The notes under the pieces: generated by a model
What the model saw: only the letters and a program-made list of their open reading frames with translations
Databases searched by the model: none
Told to the model about the DNA's origin: nothing
Shown: positions 38,665 to 48,918 of the stretch, in pieces
Layout: each line of letters opens with the position of its first letter
How positions within the stretch are numbered: position 1 is the first letter of the stretch
Translations under genes and position numbers: made by a program
Origin: an uncultured Bacilli bacterium
Lineage (GTDB): Bacteria; Bacillota_I; Bacilli_A; RF39; UBA660
Direction of reading: 5' to 3'
Length of the DNA stretch: 50,083 nt
Assembly: GCA_947594925.1 (NCBI GenBank)
Contig: CANQEJ010000004.1
Location: 1 to 50,083, forward strand

Positions 38665-38688
38665 AAGCTTCTTATAAGCATTTTGCTA

Positions 38689-38717
38689 TTGACAAAATAC
38701 AAAAAAAGTGGTATCAT
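38689..38717 (+). promoter_or_regulatory. SigA-type promoter with extended -10
   Basis: TTGACA-17 bp-TATCAT, with TG at 38709-10. Confidence 0.7.
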
Positions 38718-38744
38718 CAATCCCGTTGAAATGGGGGATTTGAA

Positions 38745-39656
38745 ATGAAAAGAAAGAATTTAGTGAAAAAGGTTATTTTAGCTTTAGGAGCTTTAGCTTT
38801 ATTAGTATCATATACTGATGTTGCTAGTGCTTCTCAAACAAAAGTAAAAGTAAGTACTAATAATCAATTTAAATTAACTTGTGATTATTGGGATGAATCT
38901 GGTGAATTAACTTGGGGAAATCAAGAATTCATTGGAAACTTTGCTGATGCGGAAGGTTATGAAAGTAATAACTCTAGAGCTTGTGGAACAACAGCAAAAA
39001 CTAAAAAATATCCTTATGGTGATGAAAATTATGATAATTTACCTTTAGGTTCATCAGTTGTTTATGATAGTTGTACAGGCTCAACTGGAAAACAAAAAGC
39101 CGTAGTTGGTCAAAGTTGTAGTAAAAAGGGGAAAGCAAAATTATGTGCTGTTAAATGGGCTGGTTATTGTTATAAAGATGAAGAGTCAGCTAGTTTGTAT
39201 AATGCCGATGCCGAAGCTGCTAAATTTAGTATTGCTAAATCAAGTATAACTGTTAATAATACAACAAAATTTAAAAATGTTGATGCTTGTGCTTATATCG
39301 ACATTGCTAATGAAGATATTATTAGTTATGATGCCGAAGATAATGTGGTTACTGCTTTAAAAAGTGGTTCAACCAAAGTTCGTTGTTATAATAACAATGA
39401 TGATGTAATTCGTACGATTAATGTTACAGTTAATGATAAAAGTAATTCTAAATATCGTTATGTAAATGTTAGTACTGGTATGTTTGCTAAAAAAGATGGT
39501 ACTGGATTATTTACACCATTAAGTACATGTACAAAAGTAACATATTTAAATAAAAAAATAGATGGTTATTGCAAAATTAAATATAATGGTAAAACTGGTT
39601 ATATTTTCTGTCCAGAATTAAGTGTTAGTGAACCTACTGAGTGTTCTATGAATTAA
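38745..39656 (+). CDS. Secreted Cys-rich protein with Ig-like and SH3b-like domains (paralog of 4074..4949)
   Basis: Signal peptide; shares ELTWG.QE, RACGTT, GSTGKQ..VGQSCS, VKW.GYCYKD and GYCKIK..TGY with 4074..4949. Confidence 0.75.
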   Translation: MKRKNLVKKVILALGALALLVSYTDVASASQTKVKVSTNNQFKLTCDYWDESGELTWGNQEFIGNFADAEGYESNNSRACGTTAKTKKYPYGDENYDNLPLGSSVVYDSCTGSTGKQKAVVGQSCSKKGKAKLCAVKWAGYCYKDEESASLYNADAEAAKFSIAKSSITVNNTTKFKNVDACAYIDIANEDIISYDAEDNVVTALKSGSTKVRCYNNNDDVIRTINVTVNDKSNSKYRYVNVSTGMFAKKDGTGLFTPLSTCTKVTYLNKKIDGYCKIKYNGKTGYIFCPELSVSEPTECSMN

Positions 39657-39680
39657 GCATTGAATTTCAATGCTTTTTTT
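39655..39680 (+). terminator. Intrinsic terminator
   Basis: AAGCATTGAA-t-TTCAATGCTT plus T-run. Confidence 0.7.
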
Positions 39681-39691
39681 AGTGCCCTTTC

Positions 39692-39720
39692 TTGACACAG
39701 CTAAACGCATTAGCTAAAAT
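39692..39720 (+). promoter_or_regulatory. SigA promoter with palindromic candidate operator in the spacer
   Basis: TTGACA-17-TAAAAT; AGCTAA-acgca-TTAGCT at 39699-39715. Confidence 0.6.
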
Positions 39721-39770
39721 TAAAGCAGGAGGAATTGGCCTCAAGAAAGCAAAATAGAAAGGATTACAAA

Positions 39771-40661
39771 ATGAGTTTAGTATTAGAAAATGTCAGTAAA
39801 AAATTTGGTAATAAAATAGCGGTTAAAAATCTATCTTTAACTTTAGATAAACCTGGTGTTTATGGTTTACTAGGAACTAATGGAGCCGGTAAAACAACAA
39901 CAATTAGAATGCTTTTAGGAATTCTCAAAAAAGATGAAGGAAGTATTACTTGGAATAATAAAGAGGTAGAAAGAAAGGCGGTTAATTTTGGTTATTTGCC
40001 AGAAGAAAGAGGCGTCTATCCGAAAACAGTAATTAGAAGACAACTTTTATATTTTGCTATTTTAAAAGGTATGAAAAAGAAAGCTGCGGAAAAGGCTATT
40101 ATTCATTGGGCCAAAATATTAAAAGTGTCCGAATATTTAGATATGCCCGCCGAGAAGCTATCGAAAGGCAATCAACAAAAAATTCAATTTATGAGTGCAA
40201 TTATTCATGACCCACAATTAATAGTTTTAGATGAGCCATTTAGTGGGTTAGACCCAGTAAATACAGAAATTATTAAAAATGTAATTATTGATTTAGTTAA
40301 AAAAGGTAAATATATTATTATGTCTGCTCATCAAATGGTAACTATTGAAGAATTTTGCAGTGATATATTAATATTAAATAAAGGAAAAACAGTTTTACAA
40401 GGTAATTTAAAAGAAATAAAAAATACTTATAAAGCCAATAGAGTAGAAATAGATGTCAATCAAGATATTAAGAAAATTATTAAAGAATTAAATTTAGAAA
40501 TAGAAATAGAAAAAAATAATCAATATAAAATTAAAATTGATGATGAGAAAAAAGCTTATAAATTATTAGAACGGGTAGTAAAAGAAAATATTGCTGTAAC
40601 CAAGTTTGAAATTGAAAAACCAACTTTAAATGATATATTCATTGAAAAGGTAGGTGAGTAA
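39771..40661 (+). CDS. ABC-2 type transporter ATP-binding protein (YhaQ/NatA-like)
   Basis: GTNGAGKTT, GYLPEERG, LSKGNQQK, LDEPFSGLDP; start taken at ATG 39771. Confidence 0.92.
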   Translation: MSLVLENVSKKFGNKIAVKNLSLTLDKPGVYGLLGTNGAGKTTTIRMLLGILKKDEGSITWNNKEVERKAVNFGYLPEERGVYPKTVIRRQLLYFAILKGMKKKAAEKAIIHWAKILKVSEYLDMPAEKLSKGNQQKIQFMSAIIHDPQLIVLDEPFSGLDPVNTEIIKNVIIDLVKKGKYIIMSAHQMVTIEEFCSDILILNKGKTVLQGNLKEIKNTYKANRVEIDVNQDIKKIIKELNLEIEIEKNNQYKIKIDDEKKAYKLLERVVKENIAVTKFEIEKPTLNDIFIEKVGE

Positions 40662-40662
40662 A

Positions 40663-41880
40663 ATGAAAGATATTGGAATTGTTTCTAAATTTACTTTTAT
40701 GGAAATGATTAGAAGAAAATCTTTTATTGTTTCGACTATTATCATTATGCTTTTAATTATTATTGGTTTTAATGTTCCAAATATTATTAATATGGTTTCA
40801 AAGGAAAGTAATATTAGTGAGAGTAGTAAAATCTTAATATCTGACCAAGAAAATGTTTTTGAAGGGAAATTAGATGCTTTAGATACTAAAGAATTAGGGT
40901 ATAGTTTAAAAATTAAAGATAGTTCCTTTGCCCAAATTAAAAAGGAAATAGAAAGTTCAAAGATTGCCGCTGGTATTATTATTGAAAAAGAAGATAATGA
41001 AATAACTTTTCGTTATGTTGTCAATGACACAATGGCTATGATGCCACAGGATTTAGAAAAAGAATTAGAAAGTTTATATACTAATTTACAAATAGAAAAG
41101 TTAGAACTTAACTCTGATGAAATTAAGATGCTTACTCCAACATTTAATACCAAAGTAGAACAAACAGCCACTATTAAAGGAAATATTTTAGTTATTACTT
41201 TATTATCAATAGTCTTATTTTATGCTATTTATTTCTGTGCTTATCAAGTTTCTAGTTCAATAACCACGGAAAAAACTTCGAAAATTATGGAAACTTTAGT
41301 AACTTCAACTAGTCCCAGAAATATTGTTTTAGGAAAAACTATTGGGATTGGCTTAGGAGGTTTAATGCAGATGTTAATTCTAGTCTTAACTGCTATTTTA
41401 AGTGCAAAATTATTCTTAAATAGTGAAATGTTAAAGATGGTATTAACATCAACGCAAGTAAGTCCTTTAAATATTTTCTTAATTATTGTCTTCTTTATAT
41501 TAGGTTATTATCTTTTTGCCTTAATATATGCGTTATGTGGCTCTACGGTAAGTAAACCAGAAGATATCCAAGCCGCCAATATGCCAGTAGCTATAATTAC
41601 TATAGCGGGATTTTATTTATCAGAATTAATTATTTCGACCCCAGTTGGACCTTTAACAACCTTTGCTACTTTATGTCCTTTTTCATCACCATTTGCAATG
41701 CCATCGAGAATAATGATGGGATTGGCTACGGGAAAAGAAGTATTAATTTCGTTAATAATATTAATTGTAGCTATTTTCTTAGTTGCTCATATTGCGATTA
41801 AAATTTATTCTAATGCCATTTTAAATTATGGCTCTAGAATGACTATTAAAGATTTAATTAAAATGTATAAAGCTAAATAG
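40663..41880 (+). CDS. ABC-2 type transporter permease (YhaP/NatB-like)
   Basis: EKTSKIMETL, LGK.IG, PFSSPFAMP.R, multiple TMs. Confidence 0.9.
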   Translation: MKDIGIVSKFTFMEMIRRKSFIVSTIIIMLLIIIGFNVPNIINMVSKESNISESSKILISDQENVFEGKLDALDTKELGYSLKIKDSSFAQIKKEIESSKIAAGIIIEKEDNEITFRYVVNDTMAMMPQDLEKELESLYTNLQIEKLELNSDEIKMLTPTFNTKVEQTATIKGNILVITLLSIVLFYAIYFCAYQVSSSITTEKTSKIMETLVTSTSPRNIVLGKTIGIGLGGLMQMLILVLTAILSAKLFLNSEMLKMVLTSTQVSPLNIFLIIVFFILGYYLFALIYALCGSTVSKPEDIQAANMPVAIITIAGFYLSELIISTPVGPLTTFATLCPFSSPFAMPSRIMMGLATGKEVLISLIILIVAIFLVAHIAIKIYSNAILNYGSRMTIKDLIKMYKAK

Positions 41881-41966
41881 AAATCAGAAATTTACTCTGA
41901 TTTTTATTTTGGGAAGCTTAACTTTTTTTCTTTTCTAAAATATGCTAAAATGGTGTTGGTGAAATA

Positions 41967-43061
41967 ATGATAACAGAACTTGAAGATGTTTTACAAACAA
42001 TTATTGAGGCGGGCTTTGAAGCTTATGTTGTAGGAGGCTATGTCCGTGATTATATTTTAGGGAAACAAACTAATGATGTTGATATATGTACAAATGCACT
42101 ACCTAGAGACTTAACTACAATATTTGCTCAAGAAAATATTAAAGTATCTACTTATGGCTCTCTTAAGCTTTTAAAGAATAAATTTAATATCGATATTACA
42201 ACTTATCGTAAAGAACTTAAATACGTTAATGGTAAACTTGCCGAAATTGAATATATTAGCGATTTAGAAACTGATATTAAAAGAAGAGATTTCACTATTA
42301 ATGCTTTATATATGGATATGCAAGGTAATATTATCGATAAAGTAGGAGGACTTAAGGATTTAAGAACAAAAACAATTAGAGTTGTTGGTAATATTGAAGA
42401 TAAGTTTAAAGAAGACCCTTTACGTATCCTAAGAGCTTTAAGATTTAAAATAACTTTAGATTTTAATTTAGATGATGATATTATTGAATATATTCATAAT
42501 CATAAGGAAGAATTAGCTTTAATTTCTAATACGCGAAAAAAAGAAGAAATAACGAAGATGCTGATATCTAAAAATGTTGTTTCGGGATTTCAATATTTAA
42601 AAGACCTACAAATTTTAGATATTCTGGGAATAAGTTATCATAATTTAAAATATCTTGATGATATAAATGGGATGTACGCGCAATTAGAATTACCTGAGGA
42701 TTATCCTTTAACTAAAGAAGAAAAAGATAATATTAAGAAGATTAAAGAAATAGTAAGTTATAAAACAGTTGATTTAGGTATTCTTTTTAATTATGGTTTA
42801 TATCTATCTGGTGTAGCAGGGGAAATATTAGGAATAGATAAAAAGGAAATAAATGAAAGATTTAAAAATTTACCGATTAAGAGTGAAAGTGAACTTTCTA
42901 TTGATGGCGATGAAATTCAAAAGATATTAGAAATAGAACCATCTAAAGTAATTCAAGAAGTGCAAAATGGTTTAATTATGTTAATATTAAATGGAAAATT
43001 AGAAAATAAAAAAGAAAGCTTAATAGAATTTTTAAAAGAAAATAAAAGGATGTGGGTTTAA
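41967..43061 (+). CDS. cca: CCA tRNA nucleotidyltransferase
   Basis: VGGYVRD, DVDICT, RRDFTINAL, EDPLRILRA. Confidence 0.9.
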   Translation: MITELEDVLQTIIEAGFEAYVVGGYVRDYILGKQTNDVDICTNALPRDLTTIFAQENIKVSTYGSLKLLKNKFNIDITTYRKELKYVNGKLAEIEYISDLETDIKRRDFTINALYMDMQGNIIDKVGGLKDLRTKTIRVVGNIEDKFKEDPLRILRALRFKITLDFNLDDDIIEYIHNHKEELALISNTRKKEEITKMLISKNVVSGFQYLKDLQILDILGISYHNLKYLDDINGMYAQLELPEDYPLTKEEKDNIKKIKEIVSYKTVDLGILFNYGLYLSGVAGEILGIDKKEINERFKNLPIKSESELSIDGDEIQKILEIEPSKVIQEVQNGLIMLILNGKLENKKESLIEFLKENKRMWV

Positions 43062-43709
43062 ATGCTTGATTATAAAAATATTTTAAATGTAAAACATTAT
43101 GTTGTTTCCGAAGTAATTATTAAAGAACTTTTAAAATTTTCTTTAACTTTAAATGAATTTTTGTTAGTTATTTATTTTTATAATGAAGATAATAAAGTGT
43201 TTGATATAGTGGAAATAAAAAAACGTTTAGGTTTAGAAGAAAAGGATATTTTAGAAGCCTTTAATAATTTAACTGTCAAAAAGTTAATTAATATTGTCGT
43301 TTCTAAAGATGAAGGAGGAAAAATTACTGAAACAATATCTTTAGATGGTTTATTTGCTAATTTAACTAATACGCTTAAAGAGGATAATAAGGACCAACAA
43401 AAGAGTAATGTTTTTGATATTTTTGAACAAGAATTTAATCGTTCTCTAACCCCAATAGAATATGAAATAGTTAATGCTTGGCTAGATAATAATACGAGTG
43501 AAGATTTAATAATGGGGGCTTTAAAAGAAGCAACATATAATGGTGTTAAGAGTTTTAGATATATTGATAAAATAATTTATGAGTGGCAAAAGAAAGGCTT
43601 TAAGACGATGGAAGATGTTAAGGCTCATATTAATAATCAATATAAAGAAGAAAAAGGCAAAAAAGAAGAGTTATTTGATTATGATTGGTTAGATGATGAT
43701 GAAGTATAA
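43062..43709 (+). CDS. dnaD: DNA replication protein DnaD
   Basis: FEQEFNRSLTPIEYE, ALKEA, YIDKIIYEW, YDWL; upstream of nth as in Bacilli. Confidence 0.9.
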   Translation: MLDYKNILNVKHYVVSEVIIKELLKFSLTLNEFLLVIYFYNEDNKVFDIVEIKKRLGLEEKDILEAFNNLTVKKLINIVVSKDEGGKITETISLDGLFANLTNTLKEDNKDQQKSNVFDIFEQEFNRSLTPIEYEIVNAWLDNNTSEDLIMGALKEATYNGVKSFRYIDKIIYEWQKKGFKTMEDVKAHINNQYKEEKGKKEELFDYDWLDDDEV

Positions 43710-44322
43710 TATTTTAGAAAAGTTAGATATAATGATACCTAATCCCCATTGTGAATTAGAATATAATTGCGACTACGAACTTTTAATTGCGACAGTGTTA
43801 TCGGCGCAATGTACTGATGCACGGGTTAATATGGTAACTAAAGAATTATTTAGTAAGTATGATATATTTTCTTTAAGTAAAGCTTCTTTAAAAGATATTG
43901 AAAATATTATAAGACCGGTAGGAACTTATACGAAAAAAAGTGAATATATTTTAAAAATAGCGCAGGCTTTAGTAAATGATTATGAGGGAAAGGTTCCTAA
44001 TAATCGAAAGTATTTAGAAACTTTGCCGGGTGTAGGGCGTAAGACTTGTAATGTAGTCTTATCTAATATTTATAATGTTCCTGCTATTGCTGTTGATACC
44101 CATGTAGAAAGAGTAGCTAAAAGACTTTCTTTAGCTAAGGATAGTGATGATGTTTTAAAAGTTGAACAAAAATTAATGCGCAAGGTTCCAAAAGCTAAAT
44201 GGAGTAGAACTCATCATCAATTAGTTTTATTTGGTCGTTATATTTGTAAAGCTAAAAATCCTCTTTGTGCTAATTGTTTATTACAAGAAGAGTGTAAATA
44301 TTACAAAAAAAATACTAAGTAA
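43693..44322 (+). CDS. nth: Endonuclease III
   Basis: LLIATVLSAQCTD, LPGVGRKT, AVDTHV, C-x6-C-x2-C-x5-C 4Fe-4S motif. Confidence 0.96.
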   Translation: MMMKYNILEKLDIMIPNPHCELEYNCDYELLIATVLSAQCTDARVNMVTKELFSKYDIFSLSKASLKDIENIIRPVGTYTKKSEYILKIAQALVNDYEGKVPNNRKYLETLPGVGRKTCNVVLSNIYNVPAIAVDTHVERVAKRLSLAKDSDDVLKVEQKLMRKVPKAKWSRTHHQLVLFGRYICKAKNPLCANCLLQEECKYYKKNTK

Positions 44323-44334
44323 ATAGTATTTTTT

Positions 44335-47322
44335 TTAGTTACATGTATTTGATACGGTAAAGTCAATCTTTTCGGTATAAACAGAACCACCATAACGAAT
44401 TAATACTTCAACAGTAAATGTTCCTTCCGTACCAAGAGGAATTCCCGCATTTAATTTAGAATTGTTTTTATAATAGTTAAAGCTTAAATTAGAAGCAGAA
44501 ATTGTTGTACCATTAACTTTTGCATTTACTTTACCATTAGCTGTCCATGTTACACCATTAGTAGGTTTTTTACAGAAATCAGCATCATTATATGATATTT
44601 CTACTGGACCACCATTACTATTGTTAGAAGCACCACCCGTACCATAAGTAGTATTTGATGAACCTTTAACATCAACACTTATACCATTACTCATATTAGA
44701 TTTAAAATTACTATAAGTTGATTTGATTATAAAGGTATAAGTAGGAAGACCAGTCATTGTATAGGTAAAGGTATTAGAATCGGTAAATCCTAAATCTTGT
44801 AATTCACCAGAAGCTGTTTTTAAGAAGACTTCATAACCAACAGAACCTAGAACACTTTGATTATAACTAATCATATGTTTTAAATATCTTTGATAACTAT
44901 CACCATAAGCTTTTTTCATGTAATCTTCTAAGTAAGAAGAATTTAGAGCATTAGGAGTACTTATTGGGTCCCAAGTTAAGGTAATAGAATTTCCCGATAC
45001 AGAAGCATCACCATCAGTTGGGTCATTTAATTTGGTAAATCTTGGTGAAGTTTCTTTTGGAGCACTTTCTTTATTAAAGTATTCTGTAGATATTAAACTT
45101 GATGGCGTGTAATTACTTGGTTTTTGCGCAGGGTTAGTACCTAGTTCTACTTGAGCTTCAACAACTCCATCAGGAACACTAAATTTAGAATTTTCTTTAA
45201 AGATACGATTTCCTAAAGCTGCTGATATCATAACTCTTTGATTAGCACCATCAATGGCTGTTGTATAGTATTCACTAGTAATTTCATTATAACCATACCA
45301 TAAAGATATAGAATAGTCAGGGGAATAAATTTCTACCCAGTTATCGTGGCTGACTGAATCTGGTAAGTTATGTTTTTCAATAAATTCTTTATCAATTGTT
45401 GATGTACCTGTTTTGGCAGCGACATCGGTACCATTAACATTAATACGTCCACCAACATTATTAGCACCAGCATAAGTTAACATATTATTCATCATGTAAG
45501 CAGTTTCTTCGCTCATAACTTTCTTTTTCTTGATTTCTGGTTCATAAGTACGGTCATCTTGACGATAAATTATTTTAGTAAATGAGTAAGGTTCAATGTA
45601 GTAACCACCACGACCAAATGCCGCATAGGCAGCAGACATTTCTAGAGGGGTCATACCATCAAATCCTCCGATAGCTGCAGATTCATATAATTTATCACCA
45701 TAATCAATACCTAAACTGTGAACAAAATCACTAACTTTTTGTTTATCAAGTTGTTGGAAAGCTTGAATTGCTGGAATATTACGAGAACGATACAATGCTG
45801 TTTTCATTGTCATCATACCCATATAAGAATTATCAGAGTTTTTAAGTGGGGTACCATCAGAATAAGTCATTGGTTCATCGAAGAAAATAGAACCTGTATT
45901 ACCATTATTATATTCTAGATATGGACCATAAGCAAAGAACGGTTTAGCACAAGAACCTGGTTGACGTTCCATATTTGTTGCATAGTTCCAATCGCCAATT
46001 TTACGATTACGTCCAGCCCCGACAGCAATAATAGAACCATCTTTAACAGAAGTTACAGCAATACCAGCTTGAATAACATCATTTTTCCATTTATAATATT
46101 CGCCAGCATATAGATTATTAATAACATCTTGAGGTTCTTTTTCTAGAGTTGTATAAATTAACATTGGGGTATTATAAGGGTCGTTTCCTGTTCTATTTTG
46201 AACATCTTCAACAACGGTATCAATAAAACCTTGATATGGATTAGATGAAGCTTCAACTTCACTAGTTAACATAGATTCAATACTAATAGCATTAGCAGCA
46301 TCTGCTTCGTCTTGAGAAATATAACCATGACGAACCATTAATTTTAATACAGTATTACGACGTTTAGCTGCTAAATCGGGATTTTTAAAAGGATCATAAG
46401 AAGCGGGTGCTTGGAACATACCAGCAATTAAGGAAGCTTCCGCTAGATTTAAATCACGAACAGATTTACCAAAATATAATTGACAAGCTTGTTCTACTCC
46501 ATAAGCACCACCATTACTACTTTTACCTAGCCATGGAGCATTAACATAAAATTCAATAATTTCCTCTTTAGTATAATTTTTTTCAACTTTAAAGATAGAC
46601 ATATAAATATCGGTAAACTTACGAATAATACCAGCTAAACCATGAGATTCTGTTGAAGTAAAGGTATTTTTAACAACTTGCATGGTTAGAGTTGAAGCAC
46701 CACCTGCTGAAGAGTTACCACTCAATTGACCAAAGGAAGCACGCATGAAACGAGCAAGGTCAAAACCACTATGTTGGAAGAAACGAGAATCTTCGGTAGC
46801 AACAATAGCATCAACTAAAACTTGGGGTAATTCATCATAAGTAACCAGTTCTCTTTTTTCACTACCAATTCTCGCGTATTCATCACCTTTAGCATCATAT
46901 AAAATAGTAGCTTCTTTATTATATAACTCATCTTCATCAAATTTCGGAGCTGTTATAACAATATATAACATAAATAATAATAGTAAAGATAAAATAATAA
47001 TAGCAATGGTTGTTAAAATCGTTAAAATACGATGTTTTTTAGCTTTTTCTTTTTTAGGTGGTTTAGAAACTTTAGGAGTTTTTTTCTTTTCCACTTTTTC
47101 GACTTTTGTAACTTTAGTTTCTTTTAAACTATTATTACTTGTATTGCTTGTTTTTTTCTCTTTTTTAACTTTACTTTTTTTATCATTAACAGTTTTTTTA
47201 ATACTAACTCCTCCTTTTTTTAGCTTATCACTAATTTTGCCAATCTTATCATCAATTGATTTGTTAATATCTTCAACTTTATCGTTAAGTTTATCTAACT
47301 TACGTTTTTTCTTCTCATCCAT
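44335..47322 (-). CDS. ponA: Class A penicillin-binding protein 1A
   Basis: Lys-rich cytoplasmic N-terminus, TM, EDSRF and GASTLTMQ (transglycosylase), SCAK, SRN, KTG (transpeptidase), FN3-like C-terminus; downstream of recU. Confidence 0.9.
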   Translation of the reverse strand: MDEKKKRKLDKLNDKVEDINKSIDDKIGKISDKLKKGGVSIKKTVNDKKSKVKKEKKTSNTSNNSLKETKVTKVEKVEKKKTPKVSKPPKKEKAKKHRILTILTTIAIIILSLLLLFMLYIVITAPKFDEDELYNKEATILYDAKGDEYARIGSEKRELVTYDELPQVLVDAIVATEDSRFFQHSGFDLARFMRASFGQLSGNSSAGGASTLTMQVVKNTFTSTESHGLAGIIRKFTDIYMSIFKVEKNYTKEEIIEFYVNAPWLGKSSNGGAYGVEQACQLYFGKSVRDLNLAEASLIAGMFQAPASYDPFKNPDLAAKRRNTVLKLMVRHGYISQDEADAANAISIESMLTSEVEASSNPYQGFIDTVVEDVQNRTGNDPYNTPMLIYTTLEKEPQDVINNLYAGEYYKWKNDVIQAGIAVTSVKDGSIIAVGAGRNRKIGDWNYATNMERQPGSCAKPFFAYGPYLEYNNGNTGSIFFDEPMTYSDGTPLKNSDNSYMGMMTMKTALYRSRNIPAIQAFQQLDKQKVSDFVHSLGIDYGDKLYESAAIGGFDGMTPLEMSAAYAAFGRGGYYIEPYSFTKIIYRQDDRTYEPEIKKKKVMSEETAYMMNNMLTYAGANNVGGRINVNGTDVAAKTGTSTIDKEFIEKHNLPDSVSHDNWVEIYSPDYSISLWYGYNEITSEYYTTAIDGANQRVMISAALGNRIFKENSKFSVPDGVVEAQVELGTNPAQKPSNYTPSSLISTEYFNKESAPKETSPRFTKLNDPTDGDASVSGNSITLTWDPISTPNALNSSYLEDYMKKAYGDSYQRYLKHMISYNQSVLGSVGYEVFLKTASGELQDLGFTDSNTFTYTMTGLPTYTFIIKSTYSNFKSNMSNGISVDVKGSSNTTYGTGGASNNSNGGPVEISYNDADFCKKPTNGVTWTANGKVNAKVNGTTISASNLSFNYYKNNSKLNAGIPLGTEGTFTVEVLIRYGGSVYTEKIDFTVSNTCN

Positions 47323-47333
47323 AATTACACCTT

Positions 47334-47885
47334 CTAAAAATATATTTTATCAACAATTTTTAAATAATCAAGCTCTGGAGCATAGGTATATTTAATTTCG
47401 TAACCATAAGTTTTAATAAAATCATAGGGAATAGATTTTCTTTGATGAGTTTGAATATAATCTAAAAAATCTTCTCCTTTTAATAAATAAACTATTTGAT
47501 TAATAGAAATAATTAAAAAAGTTATTCCTCCATGTTTAATTATTCTTTTCATATGTTCTATTTGATGAGCATGGATATTACTTAAAGGAAAAGATGTCTT
47601 ATTTTGGGTAACTTTTGCTTCAAAATCAATATATTTTCCTTTATATATACCATTATAATCTAAGGTTGATTGTTCTTTAAAATAGCCTCTATCAATTATC
47701 TTGTGATTATCTTTATAAGATACTTTTACAACGCCAATAGGAGTAGGCTTTTTATGGATTACAGCTTTATCTAATTCTAAATAGTAATTATTAGAATTAT
47801 TTAGCATTGTTTCTAAATCCATGCCACGGTTCTTATAAATTATTTGCTTCGAAAAAGTTTGTTCTTTGTTGCTTAATTTAGCCAC
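47334..47885 (-). CDS. recU: Holliday junction resolvase RecU
   Basis: NRGMDLE, IHKKPTP, STLDYNGIYKG.YIDFEAK, HQIEHM; GTG start at 47885 behind SD GGTGA. Confidence 0.95.
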   Translation of the reverse strand: MAKLSNKEQTFSKQIIYKNRGMDLETMLNNSNNYYLELDKAVIHKKPTPIGVVKVSYKDNHKIIDRGYFKEQSTLDYNGIYKGKYIDFEAKVTQNKTSFPLSNIHAHQIEHMKRIIKHGGITFLIISINQIVYLLKGEDFLDYIQTHQRKSIPYDFIKTYGYEIKYTYAPELDYLKIVDKIYF

Positions 47886-48033
47886 AATAATCACCATCAC
47901 AATTATACTATAATCTTATGCTTTTGGCTATATTCTCAAGCTATTTTTTTATGGACTTGTCATAAATTAGGATGTTTTGACGAAAGTCTAGAAATATAAT
48001 AAGAAAACATTATAATTAAAATAAGGTGAAATT

Positions 48034-48129
48034 ATGATAAGAATAGATTATTTAATTAATCAAATTATTGAAGATGTAACTTTAGCTACAATAACTTTGG
48101 ATACTAAAGAGAAAAAATCAGATGTTTGA
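48034..48129 (+). CDS. Putative 31-aa small protein (MIRIDYLINQIIEDVTLATITLDTKEKKSDV)
   Basis: SD AAGGTGA at good spacing, TATAAT at 48011-16; below the ORF-track cutoff. Confidence 0.45.
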   Translation: MIRIDYLINQIIEDVTLATITLDTKEKKSDV

Positions 48130-48155
48130 TTTTTTTTATGCTTTTTTCCATCTAG

Positions 48156-48184
48156 TTGACAAATAATCCTAAAATTTTTATAAT
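48156..48184 (+). promoter_or_regulatory. Consensus SigA promoter
   Basis: TTGACA-17 bp-TATAAT. Confidence 0.85.
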
Positions 48185-48209
48185 TAAAGAGTAAGAAGGG
48201 TGATTTTAA

Positions 48210-48542
48210 ATGTATAATGAAAGAATATATCTAACACCACAAGAAGTTTTAGATAAAGAATTTAAAATAGATGCACGTGGTTATCGTCCTCAAGAGGTAG
48301 ATAAATTTTTGGATATGGTTATTCATGATTATACAGAGTTTATCACAATAATAAAAAAACAAGAAAAAGAAATTAGTGTTTTAACCAACGACAATATTAA
48401 TCTAAAAAATGAGATACGTCGTTTACGTACTAATTTAGAAGCTGCGGAGGATTCTAGTGTTTCTAATAAATATGTAAATAATGTAGACCTTCTTCAAAGA
48501 CTTAGTAAATTAGAGAAAGTTGTTTTTGGGAAAAATGAATAA
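48210..48542 (+). CDS. gpsB: Cell division regulator GpsB (DivIVA domain)
   Basis: KEFK...RGY...EVDKFLD, C-terminal NVDLLQRLSKLEKVVFG; lies between recU and rnpB. Confidence 0.9.
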   Translation: MYNERIYLTPQEVLDKEFKIDARGYRPQEVDKFLDMVIHDYTEFITIIKKQEKEISVLTNDNINLKNEIRRLRTNLEAAEDSSVSNKYVNNVDLLQRLSKLEKVVFGKNE

Positions 48543-48888
48543 AATCTGGACAAATGCTGCATAAAAATTATGTAGAGGAAAGTCCATGCTCACACAATCT
48601 GCAATGATTGTAGTGTTCGCGCTAAAGGAAAAAATAACTTTAGGTAGAGAAATCTAACGGCTCTGAACTTTCCTTAAAGGGAAATAGTAAGTATAAAAGT
48701 GCCAAAGTGACGAAGAACTTGGAAACGAGGGAAGTGGAACGTGGTAAACCCCGCGAGTGAGAAACCCAAATTTTGGTAGGGGAACCTCTTTAAGGGAATA
48801 AAAAACTAAAAAGAGGACTTATACTTTAGTATAGGTAGATAAATATTTGTCGCTCTTTACGAGTACAGAACATGGCTTATAAGATTTT
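48541..48888 (+). ncRNA. rnpB: RNase P RNA, bacterial type B
   Basis: GAGGAAAGTCCATGCT, AGTGCCA, GGTAAACCCC, GAAACCCAAATTTTGGTAGG, ACAGAACATGGCTTA; complementary ends AAAATCT/AGATTTT. Confidence 0.95.
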
Positions 48889-48918
48889 ATTTATTTTAAA
48901 TGTTAGGAGTGAAAATTC

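Noticed and set aside
38719-38740. Hairpin AATCCC/GGGATT occluding the SD of the second SH3b paralog
   Set aside because: The predicted TSS (~38724) falls within the 5' arm, so it probably does not form in the transcript.
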